64,000 bases of DNA from Mobula hypostoma (taxonomy: Eukaryota). Where the stretch lies: NCBI RefSeq assembly GCF_963921235.1, contig NC_086097.1:36768001-36832000 (forward strand), given 5' to 3'. The notes below the pieces were generated by a model that was not told the DNA's origin, did no database searches, and saw nothing but the letters and a program-made list of their open reading frames with translations. How positions within the stretch are numbered: position 1 is the stretch's first letter; each line of letters starts with the position of its first letter. A program made the position numbers and the translations under genes. Below, piece after piece: positions 12,700 through 26,787 of this stretch.

Positions 12700-13395
12700 G
12701 AAACACATTCCTATAGCCCTTCCTTTCTGCTTCTTTCACCTCCCTCTTGCTGTCCCCACCTTACTCCCTATTCTCTCTGCTCTCCTTTCTTTCCCTTTTT
12801 CTCAGTCTCCTCCTTTTCCCTCTCCCTCTCTCACTTTTACTTTTCCCTCTCCGTCCCTCTCCTTCTCTTTCCCCTCTCCTTCTCTCCCCTTCACTTTCCC
12901 CTTCATCTACTTTCCCATTACCCTTCCTTCTATTTATCTCCTCTTCTTTCCAATGCCCTCTCTCCTCTTATTCTCTACTCTTCTCCATCCATTCCTCTTA
13001 GTTATCTCTTTTCCCCTCCATACCACCCAGATCATTTTCCTTCCCTACCTTTTCCTCCTCTTTGTCTTCTCTCCTTCCTTCAGCCACTTTCCCCCACTCC
13101 GTTTCCCTCTCCTCCCCTTTCTCTATCCTCCTTCCCCAAACCTAGCCCTATTTTACTTCCTTCCCACCCATTTCACCAATGTAATTCCGTCTCACTCTCT
13201 TCTGCCCTTTCACTTTCCCAGCCTTCTTTTTGTCTGCACCTTTCCCTTTCATTCCCCTTCCAATTTTCACATTTTATCTCCTCTCTCTTTCCCTTTCTCC
13301 ACCCCCTTCTTTTACCATTCCTTTTCTTCCCTCGCCTTCTTCCTCCTTTCTCATCCATCCTTTGATATTCAATCTCCTTTCCTTTGTCTATTCCT
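12700..13395. repeat. Polypyrimidine/polypurine low-complexity tract
   Basis: About 700 bp almost entirely C/T on the + strand with very few G. Confidence 0.9.
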
Positions 13396-13479
13396 TAAGC
13401 AAAAACATGGACAGCAAGTTGTTTTTCCCATGTATTACCTGTAACAATGTGTGCTTTTTAATCCTACCACTTAAACTGC

Positions 13480-13481
<2 letters not shown>

Positions 13482-13514
<33 letters not shown>
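13482..13514. repeat. (TG)16 microsatellite
   Basis: Direct read. Confidence 0.98.
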
Positions 13515-13515
<1 letters not shown>

Positions 13516-13794
13516 GTAGGGACATCAAATGTAATGCAAGAGAAAGCCTCGAACAAAAATAACACAATGACATATGATATTTAAAAATACAGAATTTAAT
13601 TTGACAGCATTCTTAACATAATCAAAGACTTGGATATGATTTTCCCGTGTGTGGGTGTGGAGTTTAAGTAAGACCCCCTGCATTAATCTGTAATAAGATT
13701 ATTTAGTTGCTTCTCAAAAATAGGATCATTAAGTTCCCCAAGGTGTTTTTATTTGATTTATTTAATCAGCGTAACTTTTCAAAGAGTTTATACT

Positions 13795-16121
13795 GTATAT
13801 TCAGCTGCGGAGATGATAGATAGGAGCTGTAGGGAGGTTGTCACCCCCGAGTTGCGGGAGGCAAGTAAATAGGTGAATGTCAGGAAAGGGAAGGGAGATG
13901 GGTAGGCAATGCAGAGCACTGCTGTGGTCATTCCCCTCAATAATAAATGTATCATTTTGGATACTGATGAGGGGGTTGACCTACCTTGGGGAGGGGGATT
14001 TGTACCTACAGCAACTGAGTCTCTGGCACAGAGTGTGGTGCTGTGCGCATCACTGAGTTTTGGCTGAAACAAGATCGTAGTTGGGAGCTTAGCACCCAAG
14101 GATACACATTGTATCAAAAAGACAGGCATATAGGCAGAAGGGGTGGTGTGTCTCTGTTGGTAAAAAAAAATTAAATCAAATCTATAGAATTGGAAGATAT
14201 GGAATCCTTGTGGGAAGAATTAAGAAACTGCAAGGGTAAAATGGCCCTGATGGGAGTTATATACAGTCCAAGATGTGGTCTACAAGTTACAACGGGAAAT
14301 AAAAAAGTCATGTCAAAGGGCCAATGCTACAACAGTCATGGAGGAGATTTCGATATGCAGGTAGATTAGGAAAATCAGGTTGGTGCTGGATCCCAAGAGA
14401 CAGAATTTGTAGAATGCTTATGAGATGGCTTTTCAGAGCAGCTTGATGTTGAGCCTACTAGAGGATCAGTTATTCTGGATCAGGTGTTGTGTAATGAACC
14501 AGGTTGATTAGTGAGCTTAAGGTAAAGGAACCCTTAGAAGACAGTGGTCATAATATGATAGAATTCTTCTTGAAATTTGAGAGGAACAAGCTGAAGTCAG
14601 ATCTATAAGTAATATAGTGGAGTAAAGGGAATTACAGAGGCATGAGAGAGAAGCTGGCAGAAGTTGATTAGAAGCAGAGCAGCATTGGCTGGAGTTTCTA
14701 GCAGCAATTCAGAAAACAGAGGATAGATACATTCCAAAGAAGACAAAGTAGCATTCTAAAGGCAGGATGATGCAACCATGGCTGACAAGAGGAGTCAGAG
14801 CCTATATAAAAGCAAAAGAGAGGGCATATAATAGAGCAAAAATTAGTGGGAAGTTAGAGATTGGGAAACTTTTAGAAATCAACAGAAGGCAATTAAAAAG
14901 GCATTAGGGGGATAAGATGAAATATGAGGCCAACAAAATCAAAGAGGATACCAAAAGTTTTTCAGAAATATAAAGAGTAAAAGAGAAGCAAGAGTAGATA
15001 TTGGACTACTGGAAAAGAGGTAATAGTGGGGGACAAGGAAATGGCAGATGGACTGAATAAGTATTTTGCATTCATCTTCGCTGTGCAAGACACCAGCGGT
15101 ATGCTGGGGTGGGAATAAATGGAGGCTTTGCTGACTGGCTGCTGAAAGTGGAGTCCCGCAGAGGTATGTGTTGGGATTGCTTCATGTTACGTTTTACGTC
15201 AATGATTTGGATGATGGAGTTGATGGGTTTGTGGACACATTTGCTGATAATATGAAGATAGGTGGAGGGGCAGATAGTGTTGAGGAAGCAGGAAGGCTAC
15301 AGAAGGACTTGGACAGATTCGGCAAATCGGCAAAGAAATTGCAAGTAAAATACAGTATTAGGACGTGTACAGTCATGCACTTTGGGAGAAGGGATAAAAG
15401 AATAGACCATTTTCTAAATGTGGAGAAAATTCAAAAATCCGAGGTGCAAAGGGAATTTTCGAGTCCTCGTGCAGGATTCCCTAAAGTTTAATTTGCAGGT
15501 TGAAACGGTGGTGAGAAAGGCAAATGCGATGTTAGCATTTATTTCAAGAGGACTAGAATATAAAAGTAAGGATATAATGCTGAGGCCTTATAAGGCACTG
15601 GTGAAGCCTCAGTGCAGTACTGTGAGCAGTTTTTGGCCCCTTATTTAAGAAGGGATATGCTGACATAAGAGAGAGTTCAGAGGTGGTTTATGAGAATGAT
15701 TCTGGGAATGAAAGGCTCATTTTATGAGGAACAATTGACCATTACTCACTGGAATTTAGAAGATTAAGGGGGGATCTCACTGAAATCTATCGAATGTTGA
15801 AAGGCCTAGAAAGAGTGGATGCGGAGAGGATGTTTTCTTTGGTGGTTGAGTCTAGAACCAGAGGGCACAGCCTCAGAATAGAAAGTCGTTCATTTGGAAT
15901 TTCTTTAGCCAGTGTGTGGAAAGTCTGTGGAATTTGTTGCCACAGGTGTGCTATGGAGGCCAAGTCATTGGGTGTATTTAAGGCAGAGGTTGAAAAGTCA
16001 GGGCGTGGAAGGTTACGGGGTGAAAGCAGGAGAATAGGGTTGAAATGGAAATGGATCAGCCATGATGTAACGTTGGAGAATACTCAATGAGCCTAATTCT
16101 TCTCCTATGTCTTATGGTCTT
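13795..16121 (+). mobile_element. CR1 LINE, internally deleted and decayed (ORF1 remnant, APE, RT C-terminus, 3' tail)
   Basis: YVNDLDDGVDGFVDTFADNMKIGG..RLQKDLD and RKANAMLAFISRGLEYKS motifs; tail ctcctatgtcttatggtctt. Confidence 0.92.
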
Positions 16122-17394
16122 GAGGTCTAAATATAAAGATGTGAATAACATTTATTTCAAATTATTAAATATTTCAAATGAATCCTGAAATAGCAATTTA
16201 ACAATGATGGATGGGAACAAAGGGATATTTTAAGAAATTATGTGGATTATTTTAATTTGCTTTTGTAATAAATATTAATAATCAATCAGGAAGGAGAAAT
16301 AAGGGCAATCCAATTATTTTGGGAATTTCAAAATCTCAACCAATTTTCAGGGCATTTAGATTTAATGTATTCTTTGGTTGTGTTCCATACACATCATGTA
16401 GTGAAGATCTGGCAATGAACCACCAGTACACCATCTGCTGGTTTTGGAAGTCACTGCACAGTTATCACAGGTTTCGGCATTTTCTTGAAGGCACGTGGCC
16501 TGCTTCCAAAAATTTCATTTTGTAATTCTATGCTTACATTTTTCAGCTTTCTAGTTTTAAGTAAAAATTTAAGACTGCACATTATTTACTCTTTAGGTTT
16601 TTGTAGGAGTTTATAAAGAGACACAAATTTCCATTGAGAAGAAATTCTGGAAGTTGCCAAGTGAAATAATTCAATTTTAAGGTTTTTTTTGGGGGGTTGA
16701 GGTTCTTCAGTGAAAATCATTGGAAGGTCATCAATATGAAGTATGAATTCAATATCTTTCTCAATGGGCTTTCCCTAACCAGTATTTTCTGCTTCAGTGC
16801 CTGTGGCTAGATTATATACAATTCAGTTGAAGAATACATGTTATTTTTCAAAATGATCTCTTAAGAATACCTTAGTGTCTGGTAATAAATCCATCCCTCT
16901 AAAATTGTGTGTAGCCATACATTTTCATCCTAATGTAAAAAAATACAGAGAAAAGCAGAAATACTTAGCAGGTCAGGCTGCATCAGTTGGAGGACAAATA
17001 GAATTAACCTTTCATCAGAACTGAGAAGTAGAGAAACAGAAACTAGAACAGTAAGGGAAGAAGGGTGACTCTGAATGGGTAAAACCAGGGTGACCATGGG
17101 AATAAGCTGTATACCTGGTGATGAGTTAATGTGAACTAATAGAGAGTGGGGACGTGGACAAATAATGTAGGGACTGCAAAATGCAGAACAGAAAGATTTA
17201 CCTGGCTGGTAAGGCTGACAATTCCTCCACTCCCACAGGGGAAAAAAGGGGAAAACCCCAACATAAAAGCTGAGCCAATTTCACAGACTGACATTATGCA
17301 ACAGGAATAAATTACCTGAAGTCGTGGAATGCAACATTAAGTGTGGAAAGCTGCTAAGTTAGGTGTCATCATAACAGTGCAAAAGCCCACAGAC

Positions 17395-17977
17395 AAATTA
17401 TCTCGTGGCAGGCTGATCCAAAAGATTAAAACATCTGGGATCCATAGAGACCTGGTAGATGGTACTGTATTGGATTCAATATTAGGTTGTCATAGAAGAC
17501 AGAGCTAGCATGGAGGAGTGTTTTTCAGATTGGAGGTCTGTGACCATTGGTGTTCCACAGAGATCAGTACTGGGACCTCGGCTTTGAAATACATAAATGA
17601 TTTGGACAAAGAAGGAGATGGCCTGATTGGTAAACTTGAGGATGACACAAGAATTGGTGGTGATGTGGATAATGAGAAAGGTTGTCAACAGATACATTAG
17701 AATAGAGATCAGTTGGAAATATTGACAGGAAAATGGCAGATGGAGATTAAATACTGACAAGGATGCGATGTTGCACATTGGGAGGTTAAATATTAGAGTA
17801 GATGACAGGATCGTTAAGAACATTATGTAGAGGAACCTTAGGATCTATAACTCTTTGAAAGTGGCAGTACAAGTAGATAAAGTGGCAAAGAAGGCATACA
17901 GTATATTTACATTAATCAGTTGGGACACTGAGTATAAACGTTTCTGTATGTCTTAACTGTTTAAAATTTGGTTAGGC
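17395..17977 (+). mobile_element. Old CR1 RT fragment
   Basis: YINDLDKEGDGLIGKLEDDTRIGG; ends ttggttaggc where the Gypsy LTR begins. Confidence 0.8.
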
Positions 17978-18190
17978 TGTGGGGTAACATAATTGGGAGA
18001 AATGTACATAATTCACAACCATCAACATTATGTTGGCGTTTCACTTTAAAAGGTTGTTCTGATATAGTGATGTTTTTACGTAAAGAGTTTTAGTGCGCTT
18101 TTGTGTATAGGTTATGGAGTTCAATAAAGTGTGTTACAGGTTTCATTAAGCATAAAATGTCTCACTTCGTTTCATTTTCAAAAACTTACA
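17978..18190 (+). repeat. 5' LTR of Gypsy element (213 bp, TG...CA)
   Basis: Begins tgtggggt, contains aataaa (18123-18128), ends ttaca directly before the PBS. Confidence 0.75.
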
Positions 18191-18191
18191 T

Positions 18192-18203
18192 TGGTGACCC
18201 CGA
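18192..18203 (+). other. Primer-binding site complementary to tRNA-Trp 3' end
   Basis: tggtgaccccga matches the first 12 nt of the tRNA-Trp PBS (TGGTGACCCCGACGTGAT, as in avian leukosis viruses). Confidence 0.85.
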
Positions 18204-19970
18204 TGCTCTAGGACGACTAACGGAGGTATTGAACATGCCAGCCAATGCAGTCACTTTGAAACTGCTGGAGTTTTGGGAGCAAATGCCATTCTTGGTTCAT
18301 ACAAGCTGAGGCCTAGTTTGCTCTGCTAGAAATCTCCGCCGACGGCACCAAATTCTACTACGTGATAGCATTGCTCGGCAATTCCACAGCTGTGAGAGTG
18401 ATGAGTCTGCTGAATAAACCTATCGATCGCTGAAAACTCACCTTTTACAAACTTTTGGTTTATTTGCATCTGAGTGTGACAAACAGTTGCTCTCCTTGCC
18501 TGGCCTTGGTGATGCTAGGCCTTCAGAGTTAATGGACCACATGCTGTCTCTCCTGGGAAATCACCATCCTTGTTTCATTTTTAAAGAACTCTTCATGCAG
18601 CAAATGCCTGATCCTGTTCACATAGCCCTCACTAATGCACCCGTGATGGACTATAGGGAGCTTGCTAAAATGGCTGATAGCTACAATCTGCCAGGCAGCA
18701 ATACATCATTCCTCCTCCTTTCTCTACCCGGTCAGCAAGGTCCATGGGGCTGTGAAGCAGATGAAGCTGGGCCTGTGCTTTTACCACAGGTGCATTGGTA
18801 GGAACGCTAGGAATTGCCAACCTCCTTGCAGCTTCGACAGTGCCAGCATCACCAATTGATGAGAAGGCAAAGAGCGTTGAAACCTTATTGGAGGCTGCCA
18901 ACAGCAGCAGGATCCAGACTTACGGGATACGACAGGTGACCCTCTATGTCAGTGGGCAACATTACACATGGGACTTCATCCTGGTTGAAGTGGCTAGACT
19001 TCTGCTGGGTGTAGATTTCCTGTGTGCCCAAGAACTATCGATTGATCTTAAGGACTGCTGGCTTGTGGATGTCAAGGACTTTTGGGTCGTTACCCTGTTT
19101 CCCAAGTAAGTTCCCCACAACGACTCTGTCAAGCGCATACTCCACCGCATGTGAATTTACTCAACTGCTGGGCAAATTCCCAAGCCTCACCAAGCCAATA
19201 CAGTCACAAAACATGGGATCAAGCATCACATTCCCACAAATGGCACACCAGTCCATGCCGGCTAATGTAGACTGGACCCAGAAAAGCTGGCAACCATGAT
19301 GGCTGAGTTTGCTAACATAAAAAGACATGGAATTGTATGCCAGTTGAATAGCTCCTGGGCTTCACCCCTCCATATAGCCCCTAAGTCCGATGGTGATTGC
19401 CGCTCATGTGGTGATTACTGATGCCTTAATAAAGGCCACGACCCCCAATCATTACCCAGTCCCACATATTCAAGACTTTTCGCATGTTTAGTCGGAAAAT
19501 TAATTTCTTCCAAATTGGATCTAGTTAGGGGCTACCACCAGGTGCCTGTGTGCTCGGAGGACATTCCCTAAACAGCTGTGATAACCTTGTTTGGTCTTTT
19601 TGAGTTTCTGTGCATGCCGTTTGGACTGAAAGATGCATTACAGACTTTCCAACGGCTGGTGGACTCTGTATTAAAAGACTTAGATTTTATTCTTGTTTAC
19701 CTGGATGGTATACCTGTCGCCAATGCGTCCAAATACAAACACGTATCCCATCTCCACCTACTTTCTGAGCGCCTAAGCCAACACGAGTTGATTATTAACC
19801 TTTGTCAATGCCAGTTTTTGCTGTCAACCACTGACTTTCTGACCCATCGCATCGATGCAGAAGGTGTGAAACCCCTCCCATCAAAGGCAGTCGCTATTAT
19901 GGATTTCTGGTCATCCCACACTACTAAAAACTACAGGAGTTTTTAGGCATGGTGAATTTCTATCACCACT

Positions 19971-20028
19971 AAAAGCATTTCAGGATGCACATTATATACA
20001 TTTCTCTGACATTAAATATACCTTTGAA
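19971..20028 (+). mobile_element. 58-bp 3'-tail-only insertion of retroposon family B inside Gypsy pol
   Basis: Nearly identical to 38161-38220; flanked by act/act; removal restores NFYHHFIP. Confidence 0.85.
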
Positions 20029-20369
20029 ACTTCATTCCGCAAGCTACTGAACTTATGCTACCCCTGTATAGTGCGCTTAAAGGGAGTACCCCTACTCAAG
20101 TGCTTGACTGGACTGCGGACATGACCAGAGCATTTGATGATACCAGACAAGCTCTCTCTAACACGACCCTACTGGTGCACCCACTCCCCAATGCACCCAA
20201 AGCCTTTACAACTGACGCCTCAGACTATGCTGTGCACGAGCAGTTGGTCAGAGGAATGCTCACCTTCTTCAGCTGTCGGTTCTGTCCCCCCGAAAGGAAG
20301 TAGAGCAAGTTTGACCACGAGCTTCTCAGTCTCTATCTGGTTGTCCACCATTTTTGTTTTCTTCTAGGA

Positions 20370-20450
20370 CAGGGGTTCCCAAACTTTTTTTACGCCATGG
20401 ACCAATACCATTAAGCAAGGGGTCCATGGACTCCAGGTTGGGAACTCCTG
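20370..20450. mobile_element. hAT MITE copy 2 (opposite orientation), inside Gypsy RNase H
   Basis: caggggttcccaa...gttgggaactcctg; inserted at a tctag site. Confidence 0.8.
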
Positions 20451-23400
20451 CTCTAATTTAGAGGGTCACCATTTCACAGTGTTCGTTGACCACAGACCTT
20501 TCATGCAGGTGATGGCCAAGATATCAGACTCTGCATGAAAGCAATGCCACCTGGCCTACGTATCAACTGACATACAACATCTCAAGGGGAAAAATAATGC
20601 CATGACTGATTGCCTCTCACGGCCGGCCTTTGAGGTCCCTAACCGACAGTTTCACCATGTCAACGTGCACCTTGCTGGTCGCCTTCCCACCTCCCGCTGT
20701 TTCACCATCTTCAGGTGGCCAGAGGTCATCCCTCTGGGATCAACGAATGCCACAGATGAGGCTTGGGTGTTCATCAGCACCTGAGTCGCTGGGTTTGACA
20801 CCCTACATTATATTTCCCCTGACCGCGGTCCCCAATTTATTTCAGACCTCTGGGCTGTGATGGCCCAGAATCTCGGCGTTAGGCTACATCACACCACGGC
20901 CTATGTATCACCCGCAGTCCAGTGACCTATGCGGGCGATTTCACTGCTCCAAAAGAGGACCTGCTGTCATCCCCGGTGGAGTTGGCATACGGGCAGCCGT
21001 TACGAGTGCCAGGTGATTTCATTCCTGATGCCACGAACGCCTAGTCAGCTTTTCCATCTTGGCATACAGCACTCTTGGGCTTCTGATTACCTACATTCCA
21101 CCTAATTAGTTTTTGTCCGCCATGATGCATGTCATCCTCCCCTTAGGCCCCTTTATGATGGGCCGTTCCACAATTTAGAATGGAGAGAAAAGACATTTAT
21201 CATAGATCAGAGGGCGAAACCTGGGCGTATTTCAGTAGATCACCTTAAGCTGGCCCACCAAGATTTGGAGTATCATGGGCCAAAGAGCCTCTTCCTGTGC
21301 TGTCCTGTTCCTTGTTTCCCCGGTGATGCCATTTAAAGCAGTGTTGCCACTGACTACCAAGTTCTGGCCTCTTTTTGCTGCGAGGTTATTGGTTTGCTGA
21401 CAACATTGCCACTGAGGACCATCACACGTGGCAAGGTATTTATTCTGTCTTCCTGAACCAGATTCAAGTCCGTATTCTGCAAACAAAATGCTGTGTGTTC
21501 CCATACCTCCTTATCCCCCTTAGTATTTAACACTCTATTAAATATTCTGCCATCTACTTCAATGCCATTTCCTTTTTCATAAACTGTTTATATTATTCAT
21601 AATTGATGTAAAGTACATGATTAACTGATCAGTACAAATTATTACTGAGTTTTGCAGGAAAGAAAAATACTGTCATCAGTGCCATCATAAATACATGAAG
21701 AGGCTTTATACAATGTAGCTAGGAGCATATGGCAATTTGTAAATAAATCATCAATCAATGACAGTTGAGTAGATTTTTCTTGCAAATAAATTAACCTTTC
21801 TTTTTGTATTCTAGTTGAATTCCCTTTATCTTTTGGAAAACTGACTTATCGTGTCATTATTCTACGGAGCCTGACATTTTAAATATCATACCCAATCACC
21901 ACCCTTCACATATATCTATATATGTGATACATCATCTTGAAAGGTAGTGCAGCCACAAATTAACACAATCAATATTCCATTGTACTTTTGATCAAGTTAA
22001 CTAGATCAGGAGTAGGCTTTGCAACATGTGGGACAAGAGTAATACTAATAGCTGTCTATAATGTTTAATCCTGTAAATTAGACATTTAATCTATGATTCT
22101 TTGATCTATTCCACATGACATTTGATTGGTTACCAGTGACTGTAGTTTGTCATGGGTGTCAATCTCCAGTGATTAATTGAGCTTGAAGATGAATTATTTG
22201 ATTTTGCATCATTTGAATATGGAGATACCATCTTGTCTCATTCTTATCACTGGGACTTTTACTCCATAGAAGATTGTTGTTACAAAATATTCAAAGTAAT
22301 CAGCACAACAGTGTAACTCATAGTATAACAACTGCGGAATAATTAGCACTCATTGTGTCTCTTACTGCATTGCAAACATCCCTTTGGGAATTTTGCACAT
22401 CATTAAGCCCAACTCTTTCACCTTCTTACCAAATTAATTTACTAAATGTTATAATAAAAAACATTATGAAAGCCTTTGGGATTTAATTATGGTCATTGGA
22501 GGGATACATGTTATCTGATGAAATACCTTTCATTTATCGCTTACAACTTGTATTCCCACTACTTTAAAAGAAATTTAACAGATTGAAATATTAGTTGTTC
22601 ATTGAGGTCAGTTTTTTATGATGATGTTGCCAGAGAAATTCCTGTCTTTTATGCATGAGTTTGAAATTATTCACAGTAGAATTCAGTACATCTGGTCTTA
22701 ATCATTGTACATCCAGAGATTTTCTGATAAAAGCTTTGATGAATGTCCATTAGCATGCAACAGATCTAATATATCTTTCTCTGCAGACACTGCCTGGCCT
22801 CATGAATATTCTGGCATTTTTATTTCAGATTTCGGGCATATTCTGTTTTAATTTGTGTTTCAGTTAAAGTATTTCCCAACAGTCCAGTATAGTTTAGATT
22901 ATTGCGTTTTTCAGAGTCCACCAAGCAACAGCAAGAAACATTTTCAATATTAATACAATGGTGTTAGTTACCAGCAAAATTGCTTCCAAGGCTGCAGCAA
23001 ATGTGAATAGCTGGTTCCATGTTTTCCCCCTAAGTTAGGAGCTTAAAGCAGTGAATGTGAACAGGGTTATTTAATTTGAACTTAAATTTTAATGTATTAA
23101 TATGATTTGATTGCAAGATAGATATTATCTCGGGAACCATTGTGTAGTCACGAGCTGTCTCGTTTATGTAATAATATTGTATTAGTACTTGGAGGTGGCA
23201 TGATATGCTGGGAAAGTGGTTGAGATGGTGTAAAAGATTCTGGGTTCTTTCAGCAGGGCCCAGTGCACAAGAGCAGAGAAGACATTATGAACTTCCACAA
23301 ACCACTGGTTTATCCACACCGAAGTATATTGTCCAAATCTGGATTCTTTCTGCCCATTCTTTACAGCGAGCTAGAATGCTTTCTTTGGTGCATTGATAAA

Positions 23401-23572
23401 AAATGGTGAGGGCCAGAGGGTTTCATGCCAAACTTCTCCAGCCTTCAGAGAAAGTAGAGACACTAATGCTGTCCATATGGTGATATTAGAACTGGCCATG
23501 TTCTCACCTAGGAATTTGAAGCTGTCAAATGCCTTGACCTCAGTAACCATATAACGTATAACCATATAACAA

Positions 23573-26500
23573 TTACAGCATGGAAACAGGCCATCTCAGC
23601 CCTTCTAGTCCGTGCCGAATGCTTACTCTCACCAAGTCCCACCGACCCGCACTCAGCCCATAACCCTCCATTCCTTCCCTGTCTATATAGCTATCCAAAT
23701 GTACTTTAAATGACAATATCGAGCCTGCCTCTACCACTTCTACTGGAAGCTCATTCCACACAGCTACCACTCTCTGAGTAAAGAAGTTCCCCCTCATGTT
23801 ACCCCTAAACTTTTGCCCTTTAACTCTCAACTCATGTCCTCTTGTTTGAATCTCCCCTACTCTCAATGGAAAAAGCCTATCCACGTCAACTCTGTCTATC
23901 CCCCTCATAATTTTAAATAACTCTATCAAGTCCCCCCTCAACCTTCTAGACTCCAAAAAATAAAGACCAAACTTGTTCAACCTTTCTCTGTAACTTAGGT
24001 GCTGAAACCCAGGTAACCTTCTAGTAAATCTTCTCCGTACTCTCTCTATTTTGTTGGCATCTTTCCTATAATTCGGTGACCAGAATGGTACACAATACTC
24101 CAAATTTGGCCTTACCAATGCCTTGTACAATTTTAACATTACATCCCAACTCCTATACTCAATGATCTGATTTATAAAGGCCAACATACCAAAAGCTTTC
24201 TTCACCACCCTATCCAAATGAGATTCCACCTTCAGGGAACTATGCACCATTATTCCTAGATCCCTCTGTTCTACTGCATTCTTCATGCCCTACCATTTAC
24301 CATGTATGTCCTATCATTTACTATGTATGTCCTATTTTGATTAGTCCTACCAAAATATAGCACCTCACACTTATCAGCATTAAACTCCATCTGCCATCTT
24401 TCAGCCCACTCTTCTAACTGGCCTAAATCTCTCTGCAAGCTTTGAAAGCCTACTTCATCATCCACAAACGCCACCTATCTTATTATCAGAATCAGAATCC
24501 TTTATTATCGCCAAGTATGTGGACACATACAGGGAACTTGATGCCGGTTTCCCTCAGCTCTTGCTGTACAGAATCAAAAAGCAAATGAAACAATAGTACA
24601 AATAATTGTGAACTATATACAATGAGGTATACCTGTGTATGTACAGGTGGACTTGGTTTATAATAGACTAAAATTCAAGTGTTCATAAGACTGATGGCAT
24701 CTGTATATTTACTAATCCAATTTACCACCCCATCATCCAGATCATTAATGTATATGACAAACAACATTGGACCCAGTATGGGTCCCTGAGGCACACCACT
24801 AGTCACCGGCCTCCAACCTGACAAACAGTTATCCACCACTACTCTCTGGCGTCTTCCATCCAGCCACTGTTGAATCCATTTTACTACTTCAATATTAATA
24901 CCTAACAATTGAACCGTCCTAACTAACCTTCCGTGTGGAACCTTGTCAAAGGCCTTACTGAATCCATATAGACAACATCCACTGCTTTACCCTCGTCAAC
25001 TTTCCTAGTAACCTCTTCAAAAAATTCAGTAAGATTTGTCAAACGTGACCTTCCATGCACAAATCCATGTTGACAGTTCCTAATCAGACCCTGTCTATCC
25101 AGATAATTATATATACCATCTCTAAGAATACTTTCCATCAAATTACCCACCACTGACGTCAAACTCACAGCCCAATAATTGCTAGGTTTACTCTTAGAAC
25201 CCTTTTTAAACAATAGATCAACATGAGCAATACGCCAATCCTCCGGCACCATCCCCTTTTCTAACGACATTTGAAATATTTCTGTCAGAGCCCCTGCTAT
25301 TTCTACACTAACTTCCCTCAAGGTCCTAGGGAATATCCTGTCAGGACCCGGAGACTTATCCACTTTTATATTCCTTAAAAGCACCAATACCTCTTCTTTA
25401 ATCATCATGGTTTCCATAACTTCCCTACCTGTTTCCCTTACCTTACACAATTCAATATCCTTCTCCTTAGTGAATACCAAAGAAAAGAAATTGTTCAAAA
25501 TCTCCCCCATCTCTTTTGGTTCCACACATATCTGTCCACTCTGATTCTCTAAGGGACCAATTTTATCCCTCACTATCCTTTTGCTATTAATATTACTGTA
25601 GAAACCCTTTGGATTTATTTTCACCTTACTTGCCAAAGCAACTTCGTATTTTCTTTTAGCTTTTCTAATTTCTTTCTTAAGATTCTTTTTACATTCTTTA
25701 TATTCCTCAAGCACCTCATTTACTCCATGCTGCCTATATTTATTGTAGATATCTCTCTTTTTCCGAACCAAGTTTCCAATATCCCTTGAAAACCATGGCT
25801 CTCTCAAACTTTTAACCTTTCCTTTCAACCGAACAGGAACATAAAGATTCTGTACCCTCAAAATTTCACCTTTAAATGACCTCCATTTCTCTATTACATC
25901 CTTCCCATAAAGTGGAGTGTCCCAATCCACTCCTTCTAAATCCTTTCGCATCTCCTTAAAGTTAGGCTTTCTCCAAACAAAAATCTCAACCCTGGGTCCA
26001 GACCTATCCTTCTCCATAATTATATTGAAACTAATGGCATTGTGATCACTGGACCCGAAGTGCTCCCCAACACATACCTCCATCACCTGACCTATCTCAT
26101 TCCCTAACAGGAGATCCAACACTGTCCCTTCTCCAGTTGGTACCTGTACGTATTGCTGCAAAAAATTATCCTGCACACATTTTACAAATTCCAAACCATC
26201 CAGCCCTTTTACAGTATGGGCTTCCCAGTCTATATGTGGAAAATTAATATCTCCCACAATGACAACCTTGTGCTTACTACAAATATCTGCTATCTCCTTA
26301 CAAATTTGCTCCTCCAATTCTTGCTCCCCATTAGGTGGTCTATAATACACCCCTATAAGTGTTACTACACCTTTCCCATTCCTCGATTCCACCCAAATAG
26401 CCTCCCTAGACGAGCCCTCTAATCCATCCTGCCAGAGCACCGCTGTAATATTTTCTCTGACAAGCAATGCAACACCTCCCCCTCTTGTCCCTCCGATTCT

Positions 26501-26690
26501 ATCACACCTGAAGCAATGAAATCCAGGAATATTTAGTTGCCAATCACACCCCTCCTGTAACCATGTTTCACTAATAGCTACCACATCATACTTCCAGGTA
26601 TCAATCCATGCTCTAAGCTCATCCACCTTTCTTACAATGCTCCTAGCATTAAAATAAATCCATTTAAGAAATTTTCCATGTCTTACTCTC
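23573..26690 (-). pseudogene. CR1 ORF2 (APE endonuclease + reverse transcriptase), frameshifted and interrupted
   Basis: 567-aa ORF with ISETWL, RGGGVA, GVYYRPP, GDINFP, SDHN, KSPGPD; then SGVPQG..LF.IYINDLD and KALVRPNLEYC..RRLRGDL. Confidence 0.93.
24488..24697 (-). mobile_element. LINE 3'-tail insertion with (GATTCT)n end inside CR1 RT
   Basis: atcagaatcagaatcctttatt... interrupts the SKY.D|DxKIGG region of the CR1. Confidence 0.7.
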
Positions 26691-26787
26691 TGTTTATCAC
26701 TAATGGTGCAAACAACTTTACTATCTCCTTTTTCTTCCTTCTCCCCTACATCTGTTCCTACACTCTGGTTCCCCTCCCCCCCTGTAT

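Larger units (their letters stand above)
18204..21275 (+). mobile_element. Gypsy LTR retrotransposon internal region, CsRn1 clade, decayed gag-pol; no 3' LTR seen
   Basis: Gag AVTLKLLEFW, GLGDARPSELMDHML and C-X2-H-X9-C-X3-C knuckle (CFYHRCIGRNARNCQPPC); RT FGLFEFLCMPFGLK..TFQR..VYLDG; RNase H TTDASDYAV; integrase DRGPQF and PPYDGPF-like motif. Confidence 0.92.

Noticed and set aside
12698..13444. 248-aa F/P/S/L-rich ORF
   Set aside because: Artefact of the polypyrimidine tract, which lacks stop codons.
21500..23100. AT-rich unique-looking stretch with homeobox-like words (also 31400-31750) as conserved enhancers
   Set aside because: Short motifs are expected by chance in AT-rich DNA; cannot be supported without alignments.
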